A stretch of DNA of 49,254 nt, filler included, from Catajapyx aquilonaris (GCA_000934665.2; 3 parts of 3 records of this genome joined end to end with filler, not necessarily neighbours in it), one strand, 5' to 3'; counted from the whole stretch's first letter, positions 12,745 through 25,848 are shown. The notes: a model not told the origin generated them from the sequence alone. Numbers and translations are program-made.

Positions 12745-13836
12745 TCAGTATGATATGTGAAGGTTCTCTCTCAAACCTTGAAGAAAACTTACTTCATTTT
12801 CAGTGAAGCGCAACGTTGGGTATCTCATGGCACTCAATGATGTCAGACTAGTGCAGTTTGACACAAGGTATGCAAGGGAAGCCACAGTTATGGTATGGCA
12901 ACAGTTGACTGCAAGATGGATGAGCTGAGGGCAGTTGGAAGCTATGGTATAAATACATGAGTCTTCAATACTGGAAACCCCTGTCAAATCAAGGCTCTTT
13001 AACTTGCCAATGACTTTGGGCCGCGAAAAGAAGTCCCTAAGTGCTACAGTGGACAGGTTGCGTGCGTGAGTAATTTTGAGGGCGCGGAGCTTCTCCAGCT
13101 GACCAATAGAATTGATAAGGTTGCTATCCTTCATGCTGGGTGAATTCATGAGCCCAAGCTCTTCGAGCATTGTACACTGCGATAACATCGAGAAGGTGTT
13201 AGGTGAATCAAGACCAAATGCATTCAGCTTTGTAAGTTGTTTGCCAGAACTTTGAACCAGAGCCCTAATCCCCGAATCACGATAACAGCACACAGACAGC
13301 ACAGTCACCTCCTTCAAATTGGGGTAACTTCCTGGAGGCACCATGGCCACTTGGTCACGGCCGTGGACATACGTATAGGTCAGCTTCTCCAGATTTTTAC
13401 ATCTTGATGCCTCACGGATTATGCTCTCCGATCCAAGATATAAAGAGCATACATCAACAGAGAATTCTTTAAGAGACTCGCATGCTTGCAAAAGGTCAGG
13501 CAGAGTCTCTTGGCGTACAACTGCAACTCCATCCAAAGACAGCACCTCTACTTGCTTGCAGTGGAAGGCAACTGCATTCATAATGCGATCAACTCTTCCC
13601 CACCTCTTCAGCTTTAGCTTCCGTAACTGTTCGGCCCCACCAATCAGAGATAGAGCCGTTTTTCGGCTCACAACGTTGCCATCCAATGTAACATCTCTCC
13701 AAAATGAGGGATCACGACTGAGACGCAGCCACGACTTGTTGACCAGTGCTGCTCGACTTACAAGGTCTTCTTTGGATAAGTAGGAGAGGATCCTTAGCCT
13801 CAGTTCAGGGGCGAAACAGTCAATCGTGAAGGCGTC
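12745..13836 (-). CDS. F-box/leucine-rich repeat (FBXL-type) protein, large terminal exon
   Basis: F-box IDCFAPELRLRILSYLSKEDL...VNKSWLRLSRDPSFW followed by LRRs (LKSLDLTGVSSIED, CPQLIHLAVNCC, CTSLTSL); acceptor ttttaattgcag at 13837; start exon not located. Confidence 0.9.
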   Translation of the reverse strand, partial: DAFTIDCFAPELRLRILSYLSKEDLVSRAALVNKSWLRLSRDPSFWRDVTLDGNVVSRKTALSLIGGAEQLRKLKLKRWGRVDRIMNAVAFHCKQVEVLSLDGVAVVRQETLPDLLQACESLKEFSVDVCSLYLGSESIIREASRCKNLEKLTYTYVHGRDQVAMVPPGSYPNLKEVTVLSVCCYRDSGIRALVQSSGKQLTKLNAFGLDSPNTFSMLSQCTMLEELGLMNSPSMKDSNLINSIGQLEKLRALKITHARNLSTVALRDFFSRPKVIGKLKSLDLTGVSSIEDSCIYTIASNCPQLIHLAVNCCHTITVASLAYLVSNCTSLTSLSAMRYPTLRFTENEVSFLQGLRENLHISY

Positions 13837-14302
13837 CTGCAATTAAAAGTTTTCATCTTTCACTTCAAAAAGTCCAGTCATAACCACATGCACTTTGTTG
13901 ATTTTTAAAAACCCTTCTCATGAATACTCATGAATACTACGAGTTGAAGGTAATTATGGTACTTGGATATCAAGAATGGTGAAAAAGACCAGAAGTTGAT
14001 GCCCCATTACCATTTATGATCATGTTCCAATTCATGAATCTACAATGGACTTGGAAAATATGCATGGTAGAGAAAAACGTGGACATCTTCTCTTGGAGTT
14101 GGTCCCTTTAAAGAATGATGGGTCGAATTTTTGTCTTTTCGCTAGTAGTGCCTGTTCAGAACTGATCAGTTAGTTACTGCGTAGGTGCTTCTAGCTGTAC
14201 TGTTTAAGATGGAATTTTCGTCGTTCTATTAGCCGCCTTTTACAAACCAGTGCTGTATAGCCTAATCCAGCCTAATCAGTGCGATTAAGTACTTCATAGT
14301 GA

Positions 14303-14375
14303 GGGGAGACGGTGTGGCGCTGCGGTAACGTACGTGCCCACGGATGTTAAGGTCCCGGGTTCGATCCCAGCCCGG
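14303..14375 (+). mobile_element. SINE family A, head only
   Basis: Near-identical to the tRNA-like heads at 2543 (-) and 15362 (+). Confidence 0.75.
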
Positions 14376-14436
14376 ACTTATTAAAGACATTGTACCACAG
14401 ACTTCTGGTACTCATACCTGCTAATTCATCCCAGAT

Positions 14437-15191
14437 CACAGTGTGTCCAAACGCGGAAATGCTTGGACAAAAATGGCTTCCATTCTTGTCACGAAGGTCA
14501 CGATATTCCTCTGATTTTCAAGATGAAAAGTAGCGACTTTCACCAATTTTCCTTTGAATGACACACCAAACGAATGACTAGACTCCCCTGTTATAGATTC
14601 ACGTAGTTTTAAGTGCACATAATTGCAACTTATGTCGGGGTAACATGACAAATGCTGCCCTCTTTTTGGAAAAAATGTGGCATTATGTGGTATTGAAACG
14701 AAGTGAGTCTATAACTAGGGAGTCTAGTCTTTCGTTTAATGTGAGATTCGAAGTGAAATATTGTGAAATCAGTTACATTTCATCTTTGAAATCAAATCAA
14801 TGACGTGACAAACATGCGTGGAGGAGGCCTCAACATAGGAGTGCCTGGCACCACTATTTCAAGGTCGCATTCAAATTGCTACATGAGGGAAAGTAGTACT
14901 TAGCCAAAGGTATTTTATGCACAGCTTAAAATCCGGATGAGCCTGAATTTGGAAATGCAGTGACCTTTCTTCCATGACCATTCGAAGCCAACTGAATAGA
15001 CACAAAAGGTGGCAGGCGAACACTCGACTTGAGTACCTGCCTGGCATAAAACGCATCTCAATTGAACCTACCAAGGGGTTTTTTATTATTGTTCAGACAT
15101 TAATTTCTTACATTATGGCAGATTTGACATGACTCTGCCAACTTGGTTTTACCATTTTTGTCCAAGTGTTCTTGCATTTGGACACACTGTG
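14437..15191. mobile_element. Transib-type non-autonomous DNA transposon, 755 bp
   Basis: TIRs of about 40 bp starting CACAGTG; 5-bp TSD CAGAT at 14432-14436 and 15192-15196; internal inverted repeat 14568-14602 / 14703-14737. Confidence 0.85.
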
Positions 15192-15361
15192 CAGATGTGT
15201 AATTTGCGGCTGCAGAATCTACAGTACAAATAGTATGGAATCTGCTTTTAGTTTTACAGATAATAAAGCAGATAACTGGATTGTCATTGACTGCAAATGT
15301 AATGGACAGAACTCACATGTTTTGTTGGGCAAATTATACCAATTTATATACCATTTTATAA

Positions 15362-15659
15362 GGGGAGGCGGAGTGGTGCTGCGGTAACGTATGCGCCCAC
15401 GGATGTTAAGGTCCCGGGTTCGATCCCAACCCGGGGACACCCCCTTCATCTCATGCAGAGTTCAGGGTCACCTCTGGCTTCGTCTCGGGTGGTATTTCCA
15501 CAGACTAAACTACCCGGGGGAGTTCCCTAAAAATGGCCACCACGTCAGATGCACTGCACTTGCACATCCCTCCTGTCATCCTGCCCATGGGCCTGGGCGC
15601 TTCTCAATGGCTCCAACTTGTACACTATGTACGATCAAATAATAAAGGTCCGTGCCGAA
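15362..15659 (+). mobile_element. SINE family A, 3'-truncated
   Basis: Colinear with the reverse complement of 2250-2543 up to aataaaggtccgtgc. Confidence 0.85.
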
Positions 15660-15680
15660 CGCGAAGAGAGGAAAGACTGG

Positions 15681-16428
15681 TTTTTATTTATGTCTTTGAC
15701 TTGAATATTTCAAATGTTGATGGTCGTAACGACATAAAAACTGTAAACAATGTTTAAAAACATAATTCAACATGCCACATATAGACACACAATCATGTAA
15801 ACCCAGCAAAACACTATGCCATATTTTAAAAAATTGGTTCACAGCTGTAATAACATAAACAAAAGACATTATGAAACCCATTGGGGGGAAGTTTTACATA
15901 AACAAACAGGCAAAGTTAGAACTGCCTCACTCCAGTGATGTGCTCGATGTAGACATCGCGTGACCACCGCAGGCAGTCGCTGACACACAACTTCTTGAAC
16001 AGCTTCAGGTATGATTTGCCGCAGAGCCTTCTCATTACCCGATCATTAGCTGGGTCCCAGCTTCCCAAAGCCCCAACTACAATAGCATCTACGGTGACCC
16101 TCCTGAAGTTAGGCCGATAATGGTCAGCAATGGCCGCATACTTCACTTCCTTCAGCCTTCGGGCCTCCGCCAACGCCTCCGGACGGTTCTCGAATGGAGT
16201 GGTGACATCAAGGATCATCAGAATATCAGCACCCTGGGAGATGACCAGGTCCGGCCGCAAGGGGGAACCAGGAATCACAGTCTGGTTACAAGACATGATG
16301 GAGTGCTTGTAGCCAGCCGCCTTCTTCAAAGGCTCCAAAATCGCATCGTGTCGTCGCCGGTAAGCTTCAGAGATGGGCATGCAGTGGCAAACCACGTGCG
16401 GCAGGGTTTCAATTGGGCCGCCACATCT
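15681..16428 (-). mobile_element. 3' end of an RLE-encoding non-LTR retrotransposon (NeSL/Utopia-like, R2 group)
   Basis: Open frame 16428-15916: RCGGPIETLPHVVCHC zinc knuckle, RRHDAI, RPDLVI...DVTTPFEN...KEVKY restriction-like endonuclease; AT-rich 3' UTR ending ataaataaaaa; cut by the contig end. Confidence 0.9.
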
Positions 16429-16528
16429 NNNNNNNNNNNNNNNNNNNNNNNNNNNNNNNNNNNNNNNNNNNNTTAATTAATTAANNNNNNNNNNNNNNNN
16501 NNNNNNNNNNNNNNNNNNNNNNNNNNNN
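16429..16528. other. Artificial contig linker
   Basis: 44 N + TTAATTAATTAA (stops in all six frames) + 44 N. Confidence 0.97.
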
Positions 16529-17394
16529 ACAGAAGGACATTTCTCGATCATTCTGCAAGAATGAGCCTGAAAGTGATTCAGGTGTAATTCATTAATATTC
16601 ATTAATAAATTAATGATTAGAACATATTGCACCGTATTGCATGCACTAAGATTTAGAACTAGCTCCGTGTAATCAAAACACTGCGCCCTTGTCGTTTGCG
16701 TTGAGGCAGAAAACGGAATTCCTAAACATTTGTAATGGAACACACTGTAGAGTATACCGAGGCATTTGCCAGAGTGGTTGTTACTTCGAACGGTGTTAGG
16801 GGGCCACTACTGCGGCTTTTGAACCTGCTGTTCTAAAACCAAAGTAACGTAGTGCTCTAAAGCCACAAAATGCAACCCAATATGCTTCTGAAAGTCTCTA
16901 AGCCTTTAGTAAAATTTGATGCAACTTTTTTGATGCCAATTTGAAACGTACTTGTGCACGTAATTCGTAATACGTTCGAAACAGCTAAAATCATTTTGCC
17001 TTGTCACGTAATCTATATCAAGAGAAAATATCTTACCATCATCTTGAATATCTTAAGGTTTCGACATTAACCTTTCTACTTGCATGTGACTATATTGCTA
17101 AAAGCAGCCTAGAAAACCGTCTTTTTGGTCGTGCGAAATCGTGCGATTTCCTAGAAGAGCAAGAAATCATTTTAATGTCAAAAAATAACCCTTTGAAGTC
17201 AGATTTTCTATCTCTAATACCAACCCTCGGGCAAATCCGTTCATAATGGGTAGTTATGAATAGGGTTGGAAAAATGTGAAGATTTTGACAGTGACTGACA
17301 AGTGAATGAAATGATACGTATATTCTGCTGCGTATAACATTCAAAGACGCAATTTCTTAAGCCTACTTATTATACTCTTTATATTACCTTATTT

Positions 17395-17682
17395 TAATAA
17401 TTCATACCCCGTTATCAGCCGGCGGCTCTTTAGGGGGGAAATTTTTGTTTTGACTGGAACTCTTTGCTTTCATTTTACTGCGCTTTTTGGGATAGGATAG
17501 GGACGGAAGGAAGCGGCTGTGGCCTGTTGTTACGGAAACGACCCCAGAATTATCCTGGAAGGACCGTGGGAAGCCACAGAAAACCACAGGCAGGGTCGCC
17601 GGCCCCGGGATTCGAACCCAGGACCTCCCGATTAGCAGGCGGGCTCCATATCCAGTTATCCACTACACCAACCTGCTTCGGT
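17395..17682 (-). mobile_element. tRNA-derived SINE family B
   Basis: A box tggtgtagtgg, B box gggttcgaatccc; homologous to 25542 and 34978. Confidence 0.85.
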
Positions 17683-20600
17683 ATACATTATACCCTTTAT
17701 ATTACCTTATATATTATACCTGTACCTTATATATTTGCAAATACAGTTTTGCGCAAAAAAAAATCAATTAATACCTCATACCCGCATAGCCAGTACGAAT
17801 CAAAGCCATAATAAGTATACCCACAAAAAGTAGCAAATTATGGCTGAGCTACCCTTCCTTTCATAAGCATCCGATGCTCTGACCACATGAATGAATCCGG
17901 ACGAGCAGCGTGGAAAACACCCCCGGAAACTCCATTTAGAGAGTTGCCAAGTGCACCATCCGGAATCATGAATGAGTGGGTGGATGATGGGGGAGGGAGG
18001 ATGGTCGCATTGCGGGAGTAGGTGGGTTCAAATAACGAAAAAAAAAAGGGGGGGGGGGGGNNGGGGGGGATGGAGCAGACTGTCCAATCTACTAATGAGC
18101 ATCAGATGACCACCGAATCTGAGAATATGGACCTAATGATTTTTGGTCTCTTCCGTATATCTATAGGAGGTTCGTCAGCTTGGGGACGTATCCAACTCAG
18201 AAAGGGCCATAAGTCACTTGGCAGTGAGGAATAGCGGCAAATTGGAAGTTGCATGGCTCTTGCGGGGGCGGGACTGGAAATGTTGCCAAGGAAATGTCGC
18301 GCTTTTCGAGGGCAGAGAGAAATTATTATGAATTTCGCTTTCCAACAGGGGCCTCACTTTCCCGCCACAGTATCTGACGTTTTTCCTCTTTCACTGTATT
18401 AATATTCTGGTGATTTATCATAGTTTACTGTTATTACAGTTTTGCTGAAATCTTTGGAATACGTTGGTTGGTCTTTCATTATTTTGTTACTTTCAGCCTT
18501 AATGGTGGGGATATTGCCAAACCCGAAGTGGTCCACAACCGGCTCTAAAGTAACCTAACCTAACCTTCCGTGCGAATACTGCCCTATCTTCAGCGGATAC
18601 ATAAACATATGGGCCGGTTGCGGGGACCACTTGGGGTTGAGAAGGGGAAAAGGTCCGGCAGGTGACGATGACGGCGGGAGAGCGAAAAAAAGCGACTTTC
18701 ACCCGCGGAGGTCAACATGCAACTGAACGGGTGTCGCCCCATTGCGCATGCTCGGAATGGAGGCCAATCGGAGGCGTCATGGTAACAATACGCCATGAAT
18801 ACGTCTCAGTAACAATGGACGGGGGCCAATAGGATGAGGTGGCGGAAACAATATGGGGGCGGACCAATCAGAGGGCTTATAAAACACCGCAGGAATTTTA
18901 ATATTATAGATAAATTAAATACAGGGATGTTGCAAAAATGTGAGCGTTCGTTGGGTTGCATCATGCCAGGATGATACAAAGTCAAGGTGGGAAAGCTAGT
19001 CGTAATAACTGCCACAGTTAATGCTAATTTAATAATGAAAAAGCTACAATTGAATAAATTACGCTAATTGCGACTTGTAAAGCGACTTTGCTTTTAGAGA
19101 CAAATAAAGAACGGTTGAAACGGCCACAACGCTTGAGGTCGGATAAAAACGGTAATCCCTTCGTTTTCCGGGTACTCTGAAAATTTCTAATGATGCTTCC
19201 GTTGAATGGATATAAACCATTAATTGTTCAAAGGGGATTATAGTCAAAACGCTAAGCCAATTACATATTTTTGCAAAGCTTGGGGAAATGGGAGTGGTAT
19301 AATGAATGATGCTCTTTGTGGCAATCATCTCCTCTACTGTTGTCCTCAAAACATCCTCTCCTTTATAGTGTCTGTGTCTGAACATGTCCAGGTTATTTCG
19401 AGCAACTTCAAAGAGCCTCTTGATCGACTAATGTCACACTCAAGAAAACTATTGTTGTCGAGGTTATGCATAGAATGTTTTGTAGAGGGCCTTTATCCCA
19501 GGCTATTATGTTTGTACTGGGTGTTTTCAAAATCAGATAAGGTACCGAATATCCCAAAATGGTTATACTCTGAAGAATGTGAGGGGTTCCTCAAGACGCC
19601 AAACAGAAGAGAAGGATGTTGCGATAAAATATTGATTACCACCTCCCACGTGGCCATTATTATCCTCCTCCTATCCCTCCTCCTATCCTCCATAGAATTC
19701 TTTTTCTGCTCGACTTAGCTCAGATGACAACTCAAATTTAGCAGCAAAATGTCTTTCCCCCGCAGATGGTGGTATGAAATACTTGGCTTTACTTCCAAGC
19801 AAGACCTGGAGGACATTTGTCACTGGTTTGCGGGCACAGGAGGAATCAATTAGTGGTGGCGCCTCTAGCAGCGGCTGCTGCATCCGAAACTCCAATTTCG
19901 GGAACGTTGCCTCAAGCGACAGCCATGTTGTCATTCATATCCAGATTGATGGGGGCTTTTCGCTGCAGGGTTCTCAGCACTCTTTGCAGGGCATGATCTA
20001 CAGAAGTTTAGAGAGCTTTTAAGTTGTTGACATAATAGTTCTGTCAGTTGCATCACATGTGCTGCGAAACTATTTCTTGATATTAAAGTTGATATCAAAA
20101 TTATGGTGATAATTTTGTAGAAAATTTATTTCTGGTATGGAGGAGACGAAACACGTCTGAAGAGACACGTTTTACGTGTCCCTGCATTTTGTCATAAAGT
20201 AGAGTTCGTGATACTTTTGACAGACTTGGACTTACGCAATTGATACCTGCAACGTTGAAGGTTTTTGCCAGGCAGAAGAGAAAAATGGGGTTAGACGCCT
20301 TTTGTTGGTTATTCCGTGATAAAATCTGGCATGATTTATTAGAAATTGTGATTAAATCACGTTGTGAATTTTTAACAAATTTTCTCAAATATTGAGACAA
20401 TTTTTGCAGTTTGATGGTTATAGCCTCCAAACTATTTTTGTGTGAAACATCAAATTTCCTGTTCGTCAACAAGAAGCTCAGAAATGACCCCAAATTAATT
20501 ACACAGACTTCTACACACTGCATAGGTTTCGCCAACTGATTGGAAAAGAGTCATATAAAGAATCACAGCAAGCGAAGTTAGGCCTAAAACTGGTGGTTGC

Positions 20601-23600
20601 GCCAAAAATACCCTGGTCCCAACTCCTAGGTAACCGTCTCTTTTTTTTGCCCTCCCCCACCCCCCCGTTCGAAAAAAAAAGTCCATTGTGAAAAGGCATT
20701 GATGCGCGTCCCATCTTAGGTTCCTACACCCACGCCTTCCTCTCCAGTGGAATATTTTTCTGGCCTTCTACATCGCTCGGCTGCTTTCTACCCAAAGATA
20801 ATCAATGTTCAAAATCTTAGCAGTTTTTTGGAAGCCTCTTGAAAATTCAACCCGATTTTTTGGCACTCTTTCTGCAAAAATTAGTCTTTGGTATTACCGC
20901 ATAATTGTATGAAACTAGGTCAAAAAGTCTTTGGAATTACATGTCAAATTTTACTGGAAAATCCTGAAAAGATGAACCCATTACCAACTTCAAATGTGTT
21001 GGTTATAGTGTGTATGTAGCTTCCATTCATTTGTCAGCCAACATTATAATCGAGCGAATGATTCCTAGAAATATGTATTTATAAAATTAATTAGAGACCA
21101 TAATTAAGAACATGAATGACGAGGTCACACTACTTTTCTGAGAACTGGATGTCTCTCATGTGTTAGGACTAATCTAAATAAGTATCACTCATTTTACCAT
21201 CTAAGAGCGGTCCTTTGTAACCTAAAGAAGTGTTTCATTGTGAGTGTCCTCGTGAGTGTCTTGTTGTTTTAAATATTGAACGAATATGTAAACATAGACA
21301 CAAATTAATCATAGTGATGAAAACTTCAGTGATATTTTTGATAATTGTTTTGAATATTTAAAAACCAAATAGGCTGTCATGCAGGAGACTTGACGTTCTG
21401 CACTACACCAATTTACAGAATTTTGAGAAATAGGTGAACTTGGAGTATGCCGTCATGTCGTTGACATAGTTGCTAGGTGTTTATGTCAAGAGGTGAAACT
21501 TAGTCACGTGATTGTCCTTCCCATGAATTTAATGTGTCAAGAAATCATAATAGTCCAAATGTATGGAGCATATGGAATGCACCTGGCAGGAAAGTATAGT
21601 GCTAGCTTGACGTCATTATGTATGACGTCAACGCGAATGACGTTATCACTGGCTTTTTATGCAAATATTGAAAAATTGTATGATTTGTTATGGTACCTTG
21701 CTTGTCACAATGTATTTTACAATTTCAGAAATGGATAATTGTGTTTGGCTCGATACAAGTTATTGTTACTCGTACACAGCAACAACCAGAATAGGAACAT
21801 CTATGTAAATATAGAATCATAATATCCAAGTTATGAATATTTTAATTTCATTATAATTACAATTTCGTTATAAGAAATCTGAAAGCTACTTTTCATAATT
21901 CCATATAATTTTAGCGCTCTTTGGCCAAATCTTCCCAAGACTCTCACAGAAACAGAGGAATGTGCACGATCATTATGAAATGAGCTTCCACGAGGATAAT
22001 TTTGTCCCGGTGGCGCCTGGCAGATGAAATTTTCCCCTCATCTGCATATTCCTGAAGCCATTTTATAAAATTTCTGGCAAATGGCGCACTTCAATCGGAA
22101 GTGCTATTGACCTCGAAGGGAAGGATGTCTGGTCAGCGGTTTGGGAATTTTGTAGATTTGGATGGCCAATCAGAACTGATTGGATCCGGTTGGAAGTGCG
22201 GGCTAATTTAGGGTCCTCGATAAAGTATTCCGAGGGAAAAACCTCAATGGGTGCTTGAATTTCCGGGGCTTCTCGTTGGCAGGTCGGTAATAATTAACGG
22301 GTCCAGACTGCCTGATATGCGGGAATGTTTACTGAGGGTCTAAAAATGCGGAAGTTGTAATTTCCGAGCGGGTATGGCCGGAATGTGAAATATCACGTTT
22401 ACTTCCGGGTCTCGTCAAAAAATTTTAACGCATGCTAAAATTGGATGTCAAAAAATATTATTAATCATTTTGCTCATTATATTTAGAAGTGAATCATTTC
22501 AATATTGCAACGATGCATTTTCTGAAATATGCGATTAATTTTTCTCCTATATTTATACCCCCCAAAAAATTGTCACCTAACGTAAGTCATTCAACCTTAC
22601 AAGGTAACATTTACCACGTGACGGTTGGTAAAGGAACGTTGAAAGGAACGGTCGGAGGATATTACGATTTCTATGTATGAAAAGCAATGAAGTGAACAGG
22701 GTGCTCCAGGAGGCCATTTGAGGTCTATTTGATAGAGGCTGCTGGAGAAGTGTTTGCTGAGCAAACCTGAGCTTCCAATAAAGGAAGAAAAAGACGAAAA
22801 AGGTGTGTAATATCGGGTAGAATGTGAAAAATGTTATTTAGTAGGTATGAAAATATCTAGTTATTTGATTTTGTACTGAAAAATAGGAGGAATACTTTTT
22901 GGCAATCAAGTCACAATTTTTCTGACAAATTCATTAATTTTTATTACATTATATGGCCGTCCAGTGGTTCTGGCTGGTAAAATTTACAGGATCCTAACAT
23001 TCTGTAAGTGTTTTAAAGTGGAAAACTCTGCATAATTGCTTCAGATATTTGTTAAATGTTAATAATAGGATAAATGCCTTATTAATCATTGGAAAATATT
23101 CTCTCTTTTAGCTACTGCTACCCATCGTAATTGATATGACTGACGATCTGACGTTATCTTATACGACTATGGACTACACGACTGCTGTTGAGCTGCTAAT
23201 TGTGACAAAATTCGTTACTTAGAATGTTACGTCGCAAAAGCAACCATTAAATAAACATTTGGTCACCCATTAGGTCTGCATAATTATATAATTACACATT
23301 TTAATCGGCCAGTTGTATACATTGTGCCATTAATATTGAACAAATAATTACGGACTGAACTTTTTACGGACTTGTACTTTTAGCACCCAATTTATTCAAC
23401 TAAATACTGTGCAATAATACAATACAAATATAATCAAAATGCATGAATTATATCGTTATATTTGCTGCTGCTTTCCACTTGTGGACTCTGCGGGACACCG
23501 AAATCACAGCATGTCACTAACAATGTGTACCATGTATACAATGTTTACTAACACCAGAAATGTTAATTGCACAAGAAACTGTACAATATTTTAAATAGGT

Positions 23601-24269
23601 GCCATTACTGCACCAACACAACAACATATTTAAATGGGGTCCTAGCCTTGACATTTGGGTAATTTGTACACGAATAGCTCAACCATACGTAGGAACATAC
23701 ATCCCACCACTTTTCGGCACCAAAATGTCATTCCTCGATAAATTATCGGGGGTTTAAAAGTCAGTCGCGAATTGGCGGGAAAAACGGGGGCGTGGCCTCG
23801 GACAACAGTGACGTCGGAAAACCGTTGGCACATAATATTCAAATATGCCTGCAAGTTTTCGAATTATAGGGCTTTAGAAATGGGACACTCTTTTTCGAGA
23901 ACCCTGTACTTGTGAAAAAAAGCATTCGTTACCCACCCCCTTGATAACTTACAAGTATAAAATGAAAGGAACCCCGAGAGGGCTTTGGATTCACAATAAT
24001 AAGATTTCCGGCTTTACAAGACTCTTCTACTACCACTCCATTTTATTATTACGGGCCAAATTGTTGTTAACGTCAGAATACACAATCAAGGTTATTTAAA
24101 GAATAATCTCATGTGTTTTGTGTACCATAAATAGAATCGATCATCTGCTGTCAAAAGCATGCCTCTAAGCCGCATTCGTTACTATGGTGTAAGCAGGGAT
24201 TTCTTCTCTAATTCAGTTTTTTCCCACGGTCTTTTTTGGAACGGAAATACAAATTGGCTTAAATTATTT

Positions 24270-25060
24270 GTCGCTAATTACAGATTAGTGTTTACATAAA
24301 ATTTATTTCAAAATTTAATACGGTTTAAAAATATATTGACAATTTAAAAAATTATGTTATAGTATTTCGATGTATTGTATTTGTTAACCAACTTTCCACC
24401 CAATAGGCTTCAACGTGTTTCAAGTTGTCTTAGCAGCTTCCTTCATCTAACTCAATTTCTATGAAGTGCACCTCAATTGGACGTTATTGATCTCCCGCTG
24501 ACTTACTCATCCATTAATTATCCAGCAATACACTTTAACCCTCTGCGTAAACACACATCCCAGCAAGGAGCCTACAAATTAAATTTTCCCACGACCTAAA
24601 TCTCCTTTTACGTCCACTTAGCTTAATGCACGTCTACAATTATGACAGAGTAGCTTCTATTATTTAGAACCCTCCTACGCTATGACAAAACCGATGTTAG
24701 ATACCATATTTTTCACTCCCCCGCCATTTTCAGTCCCTTCTTTTTATATGAATGGGAACCGTCCATGATTGAATCCGATGTGAATGAAGAGCGTGCCGCA
24801 TCTCCGCTTAGAATCAGCAATGACAAAACGTAAGTAATCAGTAAGTCTTGCCGCATCACAGGTTGTCAGTTTCATTCACAAGAGAAGGTATGTCATTCAG
24901 AAAAATGAGAAAAAATGGTGACCAAAAAAGAGACGCAGGCGGACGAAGATAAGATGTTTCCACTTGAGCTGTCCCGAATGAATTACCATTGATATCGACG
25001 TAGTAGGCTCCACAAGTAACTTCATTTGGACCGGATTTTCTGGAGGATTGGACTCTGGAC
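24270..25060 (-). pseudogene. Highly decayed LINE reverse-transcriptase remnant
   Basis: SPFFLIFLNDIPSLV resembles the RT motif GPxLFLIYINDLP; only short pieces are readable. Confidence 0.4.
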
Positions 25061-25225
25061 AAGGTCCGCATACTAAAAGGGTATGGTATTCCAAATGTAC
25101 GTAAATGTATTATTTTAAAATGATATTTCGCTGAGTGAGCAATGTAGACGAATCCACCCATCCACCAGAGGCGCTGCCTGCACCCTGCGCTTGCGCAGGG
25201 TGCGAACCAATCGGAATCGTAACAC

Positions 25226-25512
25226 TATACCTATACATACACCTATACATACATACACCTATACCTATACATACACCTATACCTATACATACACCTATAC
25301 CTATACATACACCTATACATACATACACCTATGCCTATACATACACCTATACACACATACACCTATACCTATACATACACCTATACATACATACACCTAT
25401 ACCTATACATACACCTATACCTATACATACACCTATACATACATACACCTATACCTATACATACACCTATACATACATACACCTATACCTATACATACGT
25501 CATACCTATAAG
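25226..25512. repeat. Compound hexamer microsatellite (ATACCT/ATACAT/ACACCT)
   Basis: Seen directly; explains the low-complexity ORFs here. Confidence 0.95.
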
Positions 25513-25541
25513 TACACTATACATGAATACTGTATAATTTT

Positions 25542-25848
25542 ACCGAAGCAGTAGTGGTGTAGTGGTATGGTGACCGACTGCTAATCGGGAGGTCCTGGGT
25601 TCGAATCCCGGAGGCCGGCGACCCTGACCATGGTTTTCTGTGGTTTCCCATGGTCCTTGCAGGATAATTCCGGGGTCGTTACCGTAATATAGGCCGCAGC
25701 CGCCTCCTTCCTACCCTTTCCCTGCTTTCATTCCGGTGATGAGAAAAATAGTAAAAATGGAAGAGTTCCAGACAAAAAAAATGGGAGAAATCCCCCCCCC
25801 CCTAGGAAAGCCCGTAGGCTGATAGTGGGGTATCAAATTATTATTATT
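25542..25848 (+). mobile_element. SINE family B, full length
   Basis: 15-bp TSD ATACTGTATAATTTT at 25527-25541 and 25849-25863; A/B boxes; (TTA)n tail. Confidence 0.9.

Noticed and set aside
14303..14375. tRNA gene
   Set aside because: Matches the head of SINE family A, which has two longer copies here; no convincing cloverleaf.
14418..14436. Minus-strand donor CAG|GTATGA as the start exon of the F-box gene
   Set aside because: The phase-0 frame has a stop (TAG) just before the donor, so it cannot supply the start codon.
25110..25554. YTYT/IHTP repeat ORFs
   Set aside because: Translations of a hexamer microsatellite.
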